Of a stretch of DNA of 64,000 nt, positions 1 to 8,939 are shown piece after piece. A program made the translations under genes and the position numbers. The stretch spans positions 4,250 through 68,249 of the forward strand of contig JAFGRB010000371.1 of NCBI GenBank assembly GCA_016935365.1, in the 5' to 3' direction. This DNA comes from Deltaproteobacteria bacterium (lineage in GTDB: Bacteria > Myxococcota > B64-G9). How positions within the stretch are numbered: position 1 is the stretch's first letter; each line of letters opens with the position of its first letter. The notes beneath the pieces are model-generated. The model ran no database searches. It saw nothing but the letters and a program-made list of their open reading frames with translations, and was not told the origin of the DNA.

Positions 1-1204
1 CCTGCTCGGCCACCTTGCGGGCCGCATTCACACCGGCTACCAGACCCTGACCTGCTGCCTCCTCGTACCCGCTTGTGCCGTTGATCTGACCCGCCAAGAA
101 CAGCCCATCCACCGCCCGAGTCTCAAGGCTGCAGCGCAGTTGGGTCGGGTAGACGAAGTCGTACTCGATCCCATATCCCGGCTGGAGCATCTCAGCCTCT
201 TCCAGCCCCTCGATGGAGCGGATGAGCTCGACCTGGACGTCCTCCGGCAAGCTGGTGGAGATCCCATTGGGATAGATCACCTGCTGGCTCATGTCTGTCG
301 GCTCGAGTATGACCTGGTGGCTGAGGCGATCGGGGAACTTGACGACCTTGTCCTCTATCGACGGGCAGTACCTGGCACCGACCCCCTCGATCCGACCGGA
401 GAAAAGCGGCGACCTGTCCAGGTTGGCTCGGATGATGTCGTGGGTTTTCTCATTGGTCCGCGTCAGGTAGCAGGGGAGATCCACCCCCTTCGGCCCTGAC
501 CATGCATGCGAGAACGGAAGCGCGGTCGGATCCGATCGCTGCTCGACCAAGCCGGATAGATTCACGCTCTCCGATGCCAGCCTGGCCGGCGTTCCGGTCT
601 TGAGCCTGCCCAGCTCGAAGCCCAGCCCGACAAGCGCATCGCTGAGATGCACGTCCGGTGGATCTCCCACCCTCCCTCCCGGCTCGGACCGCAGGCCGAT
701 ATGCATCAGGCCGCGAAGAAAGGTCCCGGTCGTGAGAACGACCTGGCTTGCCTCCAGACGCCGCCCGCCTTCGAGCTGCAGGCCTGTCACCGCACGCCGG
801 CCCCCCTCCAGCCGCGTGTCGATGTCGACGACCATCCCCTGGAGCAACGCGAGCCGCTCGCAGGCCTCGACCGCTGATCGCATGTGGGCCTGGTACCCGC
901 CCATGTCGCACTGGACCCTGCGCGCCCTTACCGCCGGGCCCTTGGATGCATTCAGTCGCCTGAACTGAATTGCGGATGCATCCGCAGCCCTCGCCATCTC
1001 TCCGCCGAGCGCATCCAGCTCGCGGACGATCTGGCTCTTTCCCAGCCCACCGATGGCCGGGTTGCACGACATCTCTGCAAGCCGTCGGACATCGATCGTG
1101 ATCAGACAGGTACGACAACCCAGTCGGGCAGCTGCCAGGGCGGCCTCGCAACCCGCATGACCCGCACCGACGACCAGCACATCCCAGCAATCCCCGCGTT
1201 CCAC
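1..1204 (-). CDS. mnmG: tRNA uridine 5-carboxymethylaminomethyl modification enzyme MnmG (GidA), N-terminal ~400 aa; C-terminus runs off window start
   Basis: Manual minus-strand translation from GTG at 1204 gives VERGDCWDVLVVGAGHAGCEAALAAARLG (FAD-binding GxGxxG), then ...GRIEGVGARYCPSIEDKVVKF... and LFLAGQINGTSGYEEAAGQGLVAGVNAA, all MnmG hallmarks. Open frame to position 1. Not on ORF track because it has no in-window stop. Confidence 0.85.
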   Translation of the reverse strand, partial: MERGDCWDVLVVGAGHAGCEAALAAARLGCRTCLITIDVRRLAEMSCNPAIGGLGKSQIVRELDALGGEMARAADASAIQFRRLNASKGPAVRARRVQCDMGGYQAHMRSAVEACERLALLQGMVVDIDTRLEGGRRAVTGLQLEGGRRLEASQVVLTTGTFLRGLMHIGLRSEPGGRVGDPPDVHLSDALVGLGFELGRLKTGTPARLASESVNLSGLVEQRSDPTALPFSHAWSGPKGVDLPCYLTRTNEKTHDIIRANLDRSPLFSGRIEGVGARYCPSIEDKVVKFPDRLSHQVILEPTDMSQQVIYPNGISTSLPEDVQVELIRSIEGLEEAEMLQPGYGIEYDFVYPTQLRCSLETRAVDGLFLAGQINGTSGYEEAAGQGLVAGVNAARKVAEQ

Positions 1205-1211
1205 GTGAAAC

Positions 1212-2513
1212 TCACTTTCCAATGCAGAACCGCGAGAAGATCGTATCCAGGACATCCGCTTCCACCGTCTCGCCGCCTAGCTGACCGAGACCATCCCAGG
1301 CCGTCTGCACATCCTCGGCAGCGAGCTCCACCCGTCCCTCGCGCAGCCTCTCGGCCGCCCTTTCCAGACCACTCACGACGAGCTGAAGCGCCCCGAACTG
1401 ACGAACCGAGACCGGAATGCCCTCGGCCGGCCCCAACTCTTCATCCAGCCGCGACGCAAGCGCCGCACGAAGACCCATAAGCCCCTCACCCGTCAAGGCC
1501 GAGCACAGCAGGGCTCCCCGAGCCTGTAAACGCCGGCCCATCTCCATGCGCTGGCTCGCAGTCCAGAGGTCGATCTTGTTGACCACCCAGATCCCCTCTC
1601 TCGAATCGCCGTCTTGCCCCTCGGTGATGCGGACCAAGAGGGTCGCCTTGGCGATGCGCTCTCTGGCCACACGCACAGCCTCGCGTGCGGGCGCCCCCGC
1701 GCAAGCATCTCCCTCTCCAGCGGTGTCCACTAGCCGGATCCTCCGGCCTTCGACCTCCAAGTCCGCACTCACCGCATCCCGGGTCGTCCCGGCCTCGGCG
1801 GTCACGATCGCGACCTGCCTGCCAGCGAGCCGGTTGATGAGGCTCGACTTGCCCACGTTGACGCGACCGCTCAGCACCACCTCGGGGACTCCGCTTGCAG
1901 CGTCTCTCCTCAGCGCGAGTGAAAACAAGCGCATTCGCCGGCAGAGCTCGTCGCAACGCGCTGCGCAGGGATCCTCCAGCCCCTCGTCCGGAAAATCAAT
2001 CCCGGCCTCGATCTCGGCCTGCAGGGAGACGATCTCGGTTCGCAGGAGCTCGAGCTCCAGAGCCAGCTCACCCTCCAGCGCGCGGGCCGCAGCCCTTATC
2101 TCGCATCGGCTCCCCGCCTCGATGATCCTCGACACCGCCTCTGCTCGGCTCAGATCGAGCTTGCCGGCCTCGAAGGCGCGCCGCGTGAACTCCCCTGGTC
2201 TCGCGAGCCGTGCGCCGCATTCCACCGCCCGCTCGAGCAGGGTATCGACCACGGCCACACCGCCGTGACAGTGAATCTCTACCATGTCGTCACCGGTGTA
2301 GCTCGCCGGCCCCGGCATCACCGCCCATAGAACGCGGTCGAGCGTCCATCCCGAAGAATCGCAGATCCTACCCAGATGCAGCTTCCTCGGCTCGAGGGCT
2401 CGAACACCACCCTGAGCCAGCAAGCGCGTGAGGACCTCGAAGGCCTCCACACCGCTGAGCCGGATCACGGCGATGGCCCCCTGCCCTTGCGGTGTCGACC
2501 TCGCGACGATGGT
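1212..2513 (-). CDS. mnmE: tRNA modification GTPase MnmE (TrmE)
   Basis: ORF 1212..2750 contains DTIVARSTPQGQGAIAVIRLSG (MnmE N-domain), G-domain GRVNVGKSSLINRL and TTRD, C-terminal FCIGK. True start probably GTG at 2513 (..AVPGRSLSERDTIVA), not the 2750 upstream extension. Classical mnmE-mnmG pairing. Confidence 0.85.
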   Translation of the reverse strand, partial: TIVARSTPQGQGAIAVIRLSGVEAFEVLTRLLAQGGVRALEPRKLHLGRICDSSGWTLDRVLWAVMPGPASYTGDDMVEIHCHGGVAVVDTLLERAVECGARLARPGEFTRRAFEAGKLDLSRAEAVSRIIEAGSRCEIRAAARALEGELALELELLRTEIVSLQAEIEAGIDFPDEGLEDPCAARCDELCRRMRLFSLALRRDAASGVPEVVLSGRVNVGKSSLINRLAGRQVAIVTAEAGTTRDAVSADLEVEGRRIRLVDTAGEGDACAGAPAREAVRVARERIAKATLLVRITEGQDGDSREGIWVVNKIDLWTASQRMEMGRRLQARGALLCSALTGEGLMGLRAALASRLDEELGPAEGIPVSVRQFGALQLVVSGLERAAERLREGRVELAAEDVQTAWDGLGQLGGETVEADVLDTIFSRFCIGK

Positions 2514-2524
2514 GTCCCGCTCGC

Positions 2525-2734
2525 TCAGCGATCTTCCAGGCACAGCGCCGATAGCTCCTCGCGGTTGTTCTCGATGTACTGGTCCACCTCCTGCTCGGAC
2601 AGCCGGAGATCCTCCAGCACCCCGTCGAAAACAACCTTGAAGCCCTTGTCCAGCCGGCCCGTCATCTGAAGATACTTCATCTTGACGATGGCCGCGCTGC
2701 GCAGACGCTCGTTCCTGCTCCGCTTGCTGCTCAC
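2525..2734 (-). CDS. small hypothetical protein (69 aa from GTG; 51 aa from internal ATG MKYLQMTGRLDKGFKVVFDGVLEDLRLSEQEVDQYIENNREELSALCLEDR)
   Basis: ORF fills the jag-mnmE gap exactly (GTGA overlap with jag stop, stop 11 nt before mnmE GTG). Amino-acid composition is protein-like (K/E/D/L), unlike GC-artefact ORFs, and third codon positions are strongly G/C as in neighbouring genes. No homolog recognised. Confidence 0.4.
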   Translation of the reverse strand: MSSKRSRNERLRSAAIVKMKYLQMTGRLDKGFKVVFDGVLEDLRLSEQEVDQYIENNREELSALCLEDR

Positions 2735-3468
2735 CTGCCAACCTCGGCATCTCCAGATCTAGGGCGAATGCAGATCACGCGGTATCTACCCGCTCCACAG
2801 CTGAACGTCTCGATCTTATCGTCATCCACAAGCGCAATGTGCAGCAGTCTGCGATCCTGGGAGTCCATCAGCTGAATCTGCAGCGTTTTCCCTATCCGGA
2901 TCGATCGGCTCGCCAGACTTGAGGCCAGGCCGTGCAGCTCGTCCTCGCGTTTCTCGAGCCCTCCTCCGATGTCGATGATGAAGCGCTGCTCGTTCTCCCT
3001 GCCGTTGTAAACGATGCGATTGACGAGATACTGCAAGGCGCTGCGAAGCTCTCTTCCCTCACCCCTCCGCAGGTCGATAGGCGAGCCTATCAACTCCACG
3101 GTCAGGACGATGAAGTCCTCCTTCTGCTCTGCGCGCACGCTCGCCTCGATCTCCATGTACTTCAGCAACTGCTCCAGCACCAACACCGAGCACTCCAGCG
3201 GTTGATCCTGCTTGGCCCGAACCCTGTCGAGCGACTCGCTGTCGTCCTCCTCGCTCGAGATCTCCTCCGGTTCGTACTCGACGATCACGGCGATCTTCTT
3301 TCCCTTGAACGCGGAGCCGAAGGGCTGATCCATGGGCATATAACGCATCCGGTCCCTCGGGATGCCCAACTTCCCTGAGGCCTTCTCCAGCGCCTCTGCC
3401 AGATCCTGACCGAAAAACTCTCGCCTCTCCATCGCTCGCCTCGCGTAAAACGAACCGGCTACAGACAC
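2731..3468 (-). CDS. jag: RNA-binding protein Jag/KhpB (Jag-N, KH and R3H domains)
   Basis: 245-aa ORF directly downstream of yidC in the conserved yidC-jag-mnmE order. Acidic linker followed by KH/R3H-like segment (..RFIIDIGGGLEKRED.. ..KTLQIQLMDSQDRRLLHIAL..). Confidence 0.75.
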   Translation of the reverse strand: MSVAGSFYARRAMERREFFGQDLAEALEKASGKLGIPRDRMRYMPMDQPFGSAFKGKKIAVIVEYEPEEISSEEDDSESLDRVRAKQDQPLECSVLVLEQLLKYMEIEASVRAEQKEDFIVLTVELIGSPIDLRRGEGRELRSALQYLVNRIVYNGRENEQRFIIDIGGGLEKREDELHGLASSLASRSIRIGKTLQIQLMDSQDRRLLHIALVDDDKIETFSCGAGRYRVICIRPRSGDAEVGR

Positions 3469-3471
3469 CGG

Positions 3472-5151
3472 TCAGGTTTCCGGACTCCTGTCTTCCACAG
3501 CCACAGAAGGCACGGACTTCATCCGATTGTAGAGCAGCTGGTGGCCGATAGACAGGAGGCTGTTTACGAAGATGTAGAGAACCAGGCCCGATGGGAGGTA
3601 GAGCATGATGAAGGTGAAGAAGGCCGGCATCATGTACATCATCATCTTCGCCTGCTGTGTATCCGCGGTCGTCGGCGAGAGCTTCTGCTGCAGGAACATC
3701 GTCCCGCCGAGCACCAGCGGCATGATGAAGTAGGGATCCCGATAGGACAGATCGTCGAGCCAGCCGGGAATGAACGGCGCCTGGTAGAGCTCGACCGAAG
3801 AGTAGAGGGTCCGGTACAGCGCAATCCAGATCGGCATCTGCAAGAGCATCGGGAAGCAACCGCCCATGGGGTTTATCTTGTGTGTCTTGTAGAGGTTCAT
3901 CATCTCCTGGTTGAGCCTCTGCTTGTCATCCCCGAAGCGCTTTTTCAGATCCTCCATGAGCGGCTTCAGCTTGGCCATCTCGCGCATGGACTGCATGCTC
4001 TTCTGCGTCAGCGGCAGCAGCAGGATCTTGACCACGATTGTCAGAAAGATGATGGCCAGACCATAGTTGCCCACCACGCTGTAGAAGACCTTCAGCAACC
4101 ACAGCATGGGATGGCACAGAAAGGAAAACCAGCCATAGTCCACCGAGGTAGTCAGCTTCGCGGGCCGCTTACCATCCTTGCCTCCCGTCACCTCTTCCAT
4201 GATCTTCATCTGCTTGGGGCCCGCATACACCCGGAATCGATGCTTGGCCGCACCCCCGGGTGGGATGACCGTGTCCGAATAGACCAGTGTGGAAGAGAGC
4301 ACCTTGTCATGGCTCGCCTCCAACTTGCAGATCGACTCCTCGACTCCGATCGGGATGATGGCCGTCAGGAAGTACTGCTCGTTGATCCCGGTCCACAGCA
4401 CGTTCGGCTTCCCGATCGAAGCCTCGCCCGGCTTCGGATCCACCTCCAACTTCTCCTCGCCCGCGAGACACATCGGCTGTCTCGGTGCGGACGGTGGTCC
4501 CATGCACCCCGTCGTAGCGGGAGCTTGGAAGCTGCCGAAAGTGCTCAAGCCCACCTGCTCGTCGATGCTCGACCCTGAACGGTTATGCAACTCCACTTCC
4601 ACATCGAGCTGATAAACCTGATCTGATAATCTATAAGTTTTTGTAATTACAGGTATATTTTGATCGCTTGGATGCTGGTAACGCATCCTCACGAAGCCCT
4701 TTCCCTCTTGCTCCACGGCCCAGTCCGTGACCTTCGGCCACTTGAAGCTGGTCTTTTCCGGATCGAAGACCAGTGTGAGGGGAAGAAGCGGCTCATCGGT
4801 GGTGGATACGAGATCCTCCCGTCCCAACTCCTCGGGCTTCTTGTTCTCGTCTCGTTCCTTGAACTCGAGGAGCTTCAAGCTCTTGAGCGCCGCTCCTCTC
4901 GTGGTGAAAGTCGCTTCGAAGAGCTCGGTCCTCAGGCTGACGAGCTTCTCTTCGAGCCTCTCGGTCTGCGGCTCCGTCTCCACGGCTTTCGCCTGATGGT
5001 CCTTTTTCTCCTGTGACTTGTCGACAGCTTCTGCGGCTGGCTGTCCTCCATCCGGTCTGGCGGGAGGCTTGGGCACCTCCATGAAGAAGTGTTGCCAGAC
5101 AAGCCAGATGGCCAGGCAGAGCAGGATGGCGACGATGGTTCTCTTTTCCAT
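3472..5151 (-). CDS. yidC: membrane protein insertase YidC (559 aa)
   Basis: N-terminal TM segment (MEKRTIVAILLCLAIWLVWQHFF), large periplasmic domain, C-terminal 5-TM 60-kDa insertase core (..MLWLLKVFYSVVGNYGLAIIFLTIVVKILLLPLTQKSMQSMREMAKLKPLMEDLKKRFGDDKQRLNQEMMNLYKTHKINPMGGCFPMLLQMPIWIALY..). Sits in the rnpA-yidD-yidC context. Confidence 0.9.
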   Translation of the reverse strand: MEKRTIVAILLCLAIWLVWQHFFMEVPKPPARPDGGQPAAEAVDKSQEKKDHQAKAVETEPQTERLEEKLVSLRTELFEATFTTRGAALKSLKLLEFKERDENKKPEELGREDLVSTTDEPLLPLTLVFDPEKTSFKWPKVTDWAVEQEGKGFVRMRYQHPSDQNIPVITKTYRLSDQVYQLDVEVELHNRSGSSIDEQVGLSTFGSFQAPATTGCMGPPSAPRQPMCLAGEEKLEVDPKPGEASIGKPNVLWTGINEQYFLTAIIPIGVEESICKLEASHDKVLSSTLVYSDTVIPPGGAAKHRFRVYAGPKQMKIMEEVTGGKDGKRPAKLTTSVDYGWFSFLCHPMLWLLKVFYSVVGNYGLAIIFLTIVVKILLLPLTQKSMQSMREMAKLKPLMEDLKKRFGDDKQRLNQEMMNLYKTHKINPMGGCFPMLLQMPIWIALYRTLYSSVELYQAPFIPGWLDDLSYRDPYFIMPLVLGGTMFLQQKLSPTTADTQQAKMMMYMMPAFFTFIMLYLPSGLVLYIFVNSLLSIGHQLLYNRMKSVPSVAVEDRSPET

Positions 5152-5167
5152 TTGAGGATCCGCGCCT

Positions 5168-5377
5168 TCAAGGAACCGGATCGATTCCCCCTGGGTGGAA
5201 AGGATGACAGCGTAGCAGACGTCTCACGGACAGGAATACACCTCGCCAAACGCCGTGCCTTTGAATGCTCTCGACAGCATACTCCGAGCAGCTTGGATGA
5301 AAGCGGCAACATGGACCGAACAGCGGCGAGAGGAGCAGCTGGTAGAGCCGGATCAGGATCACGAGAAGGGTCTTCAT
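5168..5377 (-). CDS. yidD: membrane protein insertion efficiency factor YidD
   Basis: 69 aa, [28 protein letters not shown] matches the YidD Cys motif. Overlaps rnpA stop by 4 nt. Confidence 0.85.
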   Translation of the reverse strand: MKTLLVILIRLYQLLLSPLFGPCCRFHPSCSEYAVESIQRHGVWRGVFLSVRRLLRCHPFHPGGIDPVP

Positions 5378-5676
5378 CTCTTCTTTCCAGCCTGAGCGAG
5401 CTCATCGAGCAAGATCTGGTATGAAACGGGGTGTCGGACTCGTTTCGGGATGACCACCACATCCGCCGAGGCTGGAAAAAGCCATCTATTTTTGCGGAAT
5501 ACTTCCCGTATCAGGCGCTTGATACGATTTCGCGCCACGCTGCCTCCGTACTTGCGACTGACGGCAATTCCGAGCCTCGTGTTGCCGAGCTTGTTCTTCA
5601 GATGCAGTACGAGCAGGCTCCGGGTTCGAATCTTGGACCCACGCCCCTGTACACGAAGGAACTCGTGGCGTCTCAA
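5374..5676 (-). CDS. rnpA: ribonuclease P protein component RnpA (start uncertain; ORF track extends to 5790 but that overlaps rpmH)
   Basis: ..[27 protein letters not shown].. and NRIKRLIRE (RNR-box) are RnpA signatures. A TTG at 5676 lies just after the rpmH stop. The upstream 5677..5790 extension of the ORF is out of frame with, and overlaps, rpmH. Confidence 0.7.
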   Translation of the reverse strand: MRRHEFLRVQGRGSKIRTRSLLVLHLKNKLGNTRLGIAVSRKYGGSVARNRIKRLIREVFRKNRWLFPASADVVVIPKRVRHPVSYQILLDELAQAGKKR

Positions 5677-5713
5677 GATTCGCGCGCCCTTGGGGAACGA
5701 CTCTTCCTGGGGC

Positions 5714-5866
5714 TCACTTGTTGCTCGACAGCTCGACCGCGAGTCGGGAACGACCCTTTTGCCGCCGCCGCTTGATGACTTTCCGGCCACCGCTGGTCCT
5801 CATCCTTGCGAGGAAGCCGTGCTCCCGCCTGCGTTTCCTGCGGCTCGGTTGATACGTCCTCTTCAA
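5714..5866 (-). CDS. rpmH: 50S ribosomal protein L34 (TTG start, 50 aa with short C-terminal extension)
   Basis: Manual translation: (L/M)[49 protein letters not shown] is near-identical to the L34 consensus MKRTFQPS..KRxHGFRARM..GRxVLxRRRxKGRxRLTV. In-frame TGA three codons upstream forces the TTG start. Not on ORF track as annotated. Confidence 0.75.
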   Translation of the reverse strand: MKRTYQPSRRKRRREHGFLARMRTSGGRKVIKRRRQKGRSRLAVELSSNK

Positions 5867-6039
5867 AGCGGATCACCCCTTTCCGATCGACGCTCCGGAC
5901 CGAATGGTCCGAGGCCGGCCATACAAAACACAGCCTCCAGTCGCTGTCAAGGAAAGAGTTCTCCAAGACGATCTCGCACCCAGAACCTCCATGGATGAGC
6001 CGCTACTTTTTCCTTGAAATGGTCCCCTTTCTCTGCTAA

Positions 6040-6215
6040 CGCTTCAGCTCACCCGCACCAGGACGTGTGGACAAAGTTAGAAATTCTGTGGATAAAAAAA
6101 TGTATTTCATTGATAAAAATGTGATTTTTCATTTTTCCACAAATGTGGATAAAGTGTTCCTCCAGCTCTCTTTTCACTTGCAAGAGCACATCCTTGGCAA
6201 GGATACCGATCTCTG
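6040..6215. promoter_or_regulatory. candidate oriC / dnaA promoter region: DnaA boxes plus AT-rich unwinding element
   Basis: Perfect DnaA boxes TGTGGATAA (complement of TTATCCACA) at 6087-6095 and 6144-6152, TTTTCCACA at 6133-6141, weaker TGTGGACA at 6067-6074. A ~45-nt stretch 6091-6135 is >80% A+T in a 68% GC genome. Lies between divergent rpmH and dnaA. Confidence 0.6.
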
Positions 6216-7580
6216 GTGGATCTCATGAATGATGTCTGGCCAGCGGTTCTCGACTCGATCGAAAGACGGGTCAGCACCAAGAGCTTCAACATCTGGTTCA
6301 AGTCCATCAAGTTCCTCGAGTCGGACGGATCCACCGTCTACCTGGGCGTCCCGGACAGCTTCACGCGCGACTGGATCAAGGATCATGGACTCAAGGACAT
6401 CATCCAAGAGGAGTTCGCCTCACAGACGGGCATGGACCTGAGGGTCATCCTACGAATCGTGGACATGCCCGAGCGCATGGCCGAGCTCGAGGCCATGCGC
6501 AGCAAGGCTCACGATGAGACGCAGAGCGACGAGAAGCAAACCACCGTCGAAGACGCCATCCGTGCAAGCGGGCTCAATCCCAGGTACGTCTTCGATGAAT
6601 TCGTGGTCGGTCCATCCAACCAGCTAGCTTATGCGGCTTCGGTCAATGTGGCTGAGAATCCAGGCACGGCCTACAACCCGCTCTTCCTCTACGGTGGTGC
6701 GGGGCTCGGCAAGACTCACCTACTCAACGCCATCGCACACAAGGTCCTGCAAGACAGGCCTTCGACTCTCGTCCTCTACACCTCGACCGAGACCTTCGTC
6801 AACGAGCTCATCAACTCCATACGAACCACGCGGATGGATTCTTTCAGAGACAAGTATCGCTCCAACTGCGACCTCCTGCTGCTCGACGACATCCAGTTCA
6901 TCTCCGGAAAAGTCCGCACACAAGAGGAGTTCTTCCACACATTCAACAGCCTCTATGAGTCGCATCGCCAGATCATCATCACCTCCGATCGGTACCCGCA
7001 GGAGATACCCGAACTCGAGGATCGTCTCAGAACCCGATTTCAGTGGGGGCTGATAGCGGACATCCAACCGCCGGAGATCGAGACTCGAATCGCCATTCTT
7101 CAAAGGAAGGCCGAGAGCGAAGGGCTCGACATCCCGGACGATGTAGCGATGTACATCGCATCGTCCGTCAAGACGAATGTTCGCGAGATCGAGGGATCCC
7201 TGAAACGCCTCGGCGCATTCGCCTCCATGTACGGCAAGCCCATCACTCTAGACTTTGCCAGGGACGTGCTCAAGGATACGCTTGGCTGTACAACCCCGCT
7301 CAACATCGAGGACGTCCAGAAGGCAGTCGGCTCTTTCTTCAACGTCAAGCTTTCAGAACTCAAGGGCAATCGGAGACACCGCTCCATCTCTAGACCCCGT
7401 CAGATCGCAATGTACATCTGCCGCAACTACCTGAACTCAACCTACCCCGACATCGGAAACCGCTTCAACAAGGACCATTCCACAGCCATCAGCGCCATCC
7501 GGAACGTCGAGAAACTCATCGAGACCGATCTCTCGATCCGCGAGGCCATCGAGGCCATCAAGAGGCAACTCGGACTATGA
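6216..7580 (+). CDS. dnaA: chromosomal replication initiator DnaA (GTG 6216 or ATG 6225 start)
   Basis: AAA+ Walker A GGAGLGKTHLLNAIAH, Walker B LLLDDIQF, sensor motifs, C-terminal domain IV helix-turn-helix (..HSTAISAIRNVEKL..). Confidence 0.95.
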   Translation: MDLMNDVWPAVLDSIERRVSTKSFNIWFKSIKFLESDGSTVYLGVPDSFTRDWIKDHGLKDIIQEEFASQTGMDLRVILRIVDMPERMAELEAMRSKAHDETQSDEKQTTVEDAIRASGLNPRYVFDEFVVGPSNQLAYAASVNVAENPGTAYNPLFLYGGAGLGKTHLLNAIAHKVLQDRPSTLVLYTSTETFVNELINSIRTTRMDSFRDKYRSNCDLLLLDDIQFISGKVRTQEEFFHTFNSLYESHRQIIITSDRYPQEIPELEDRLRTRFQWGLIADIQPPEIETRIAILQRKAESEGLDIPDDVAMYIASSVKTNVREIEGSLKRLGAFASMYGKPITLDFARDVLKDTLGCTTPLNIEDVQKAVGSFFNVKLSELKGNRRHRSISRPRQIAMYICRNYLNSTYPDIGNRFNKDHSTAISAIRNVEKLIETDLSIREAIEAIKRQLGL

Positions 7581-7823
7581 GCATCTCTGTGAATACCCTG
7601 TGTCCAGTCCTGTGGAAAGTCGGTGGAGACCGGGATCTCGCCCTTCTTCCTCACCCAGCTCACAGCTTCTCCACATGCCCTTGTTTTCATCTTCTTCTTT
7701 TGCTACTGTGGCTTATTGCCAATTCTTGCTTTTCACAGCCCTCTGCTATGACTTCTGTTCTTCTAATTAGATCCATATCTAAAACAGATCGAGCTCCAAA
7801 AATCCCCAGAGGAGATTCCTGAC

Positions 7824-8933
7824 ATGGAATTCGCCATACATACCTCCGAGCTGACGAAAGGTCTCTACAGAGCCCAAGGCATCGTCGAGAAGAAGACGGC
7901 GATGCCGATCCTTTCCAACGTGCTCGTCGAAGCCTTTGCCGATGGCAAGATATCCATCACGGCCACCGACCTCGAAGTGGGCATGACCGGCAAGCATGCT
8001 GCAGAGGTGATCAGTGCTGGTAGCATCACCATTCCAGCGAGACACCTCTATGACATCGTCCGTTCGCTTCCCAAGGGGCTCGTCAGCTTGAAGAAGATGC
8101 CGAACAACTGGACGGAGGTGCACTGCGAGAACATCGAGTACAAGATGCTGGGCATGGCACCGGAGGACTTCCAGGCCCTTCCAGATATCTCGAAGGCCAG
8201 CTTGTTCAAGGTCGACAGGGACCGGCTCAAGGAGATGATCGACAAGACCAGCTACGCCGTTTCCAACGACGAGACGCGATACAACCTCAACGGCGCTTTC
8301 CTGGAGATGACCGGTGATATCCGTTTCCGCATGGTGGCCACGGATGGTCACCGACTGTCGATGCTGGATGGCGATCTTGTCGAGAGCAAGACGGAATTCG
8401 GCGATGGCGTCATCATCCCTCGAAAAGGGCTGATGGAGATCAAGAGGCTCATCGAGTCGGAAGATGGAGAGTGCAAGCTGGGTCTCGACGGCAGCAACCT
8501 GGTCTTCAGCATGGACGAGGTCACGGTCGTCATGAGGCTTCTCGACGGGCAGTTCCCGGAGTATCGGCACGTCGTACCTGACAAGCAGAAGATCAAGCTG
8601 CAGCTCGATCGGAAGTCGTTTCTCGACAGTCTCAGACGGATCAGCATCCTTTCGAGCGATCGCTCTCTGGGCGTCAAGTTCATCCTTTCATCCGGAAAGC
8701 TCATCGTGACCACCTCCAACCCCGATCTCGGAGAGGCGAAGGAGGAGATCGGCATCGAGTACGACGGTGGTGAGGTCACGATCGGCTTCAATGCGCGCTA
8801 TCTCATCGATGCCCTGTCCAACATCGACTCGGAACGTGTCGACCTCTCACTCGAAGATGACCTGTCTCCTGGTGTCTTGAGGCCAGCTGACGACGAGCTC
8901 TACACCTGTGTGGTCATGCCGATGCGAATCTGA
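7824..8933 (+). CDS. dnaN: DNA polymerase III beta sliding clamp DnaN
   Basis: 369 aa, MEFAIHTSELTKGLYRAQGIVEKKTAMPILSNVLVEA.. typical DnaN N-terminus, three-domain length. Shine-Dalgarno-like GAGGAG 8 nt upstream. dnaA-dnaN synteny. Confidence 0.95.
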   Translation: MEFAIHTSELTKGLYRAQGIVEKKTAMPILSNVLVEAFADGKISITATDLEVGMTGKHAAEVISAGSITIPARHLYDIVRSLPKGLVSLKKMPNNWTEVHCENIEYKMLGMAPEDFQALPDISKASLFKVDRDRLKEMIDKTSYAVSNDETRYNLNGAFLEMTGDIRFRMVATDGHRLSMLDGDLVESKTEFGDGVIIPRKGLMEIKRLIESEDGECKLGLDGSNLVFSMDEVTVVMRLLDGQFPEYRHVVPDKQKIKLQLDRKSFLDSLRRISILSSDRSLGVKFILSSGKLIVTTSNPDLGEAKEEIGIEYDGGEVTIGFNARYLIDALSNIDSERVDLSLEDDLSPGVLRPADDELYTCVVMPMRI

Positions 8934-8939
8934 TCTCAC

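Noticed and set aside
450-1190. 246-aa minus-strand ORF (Arg/Gly/Ala/Cys-rich) overlapping the mnmG region
   Set aside because: It is the +1 frame of the real mnmG coding sequence. Its composition is typical of high-GC frame artefacts. The adjacent frame gives a clean MnmG protein.
7779-8570. 263-aa minus-strand ORF inside dnaN, and similar antisense ORFs inside dnaA, recF, gyrB and gyrA (e.g. 9000..9731, 13550..14140, 14621..15409, 18737..19285, 19298..19987)
   Set aside because: Antisense to well-supported conserved genes. No conserved motifs. Stop-codon-poor because of GC bias.
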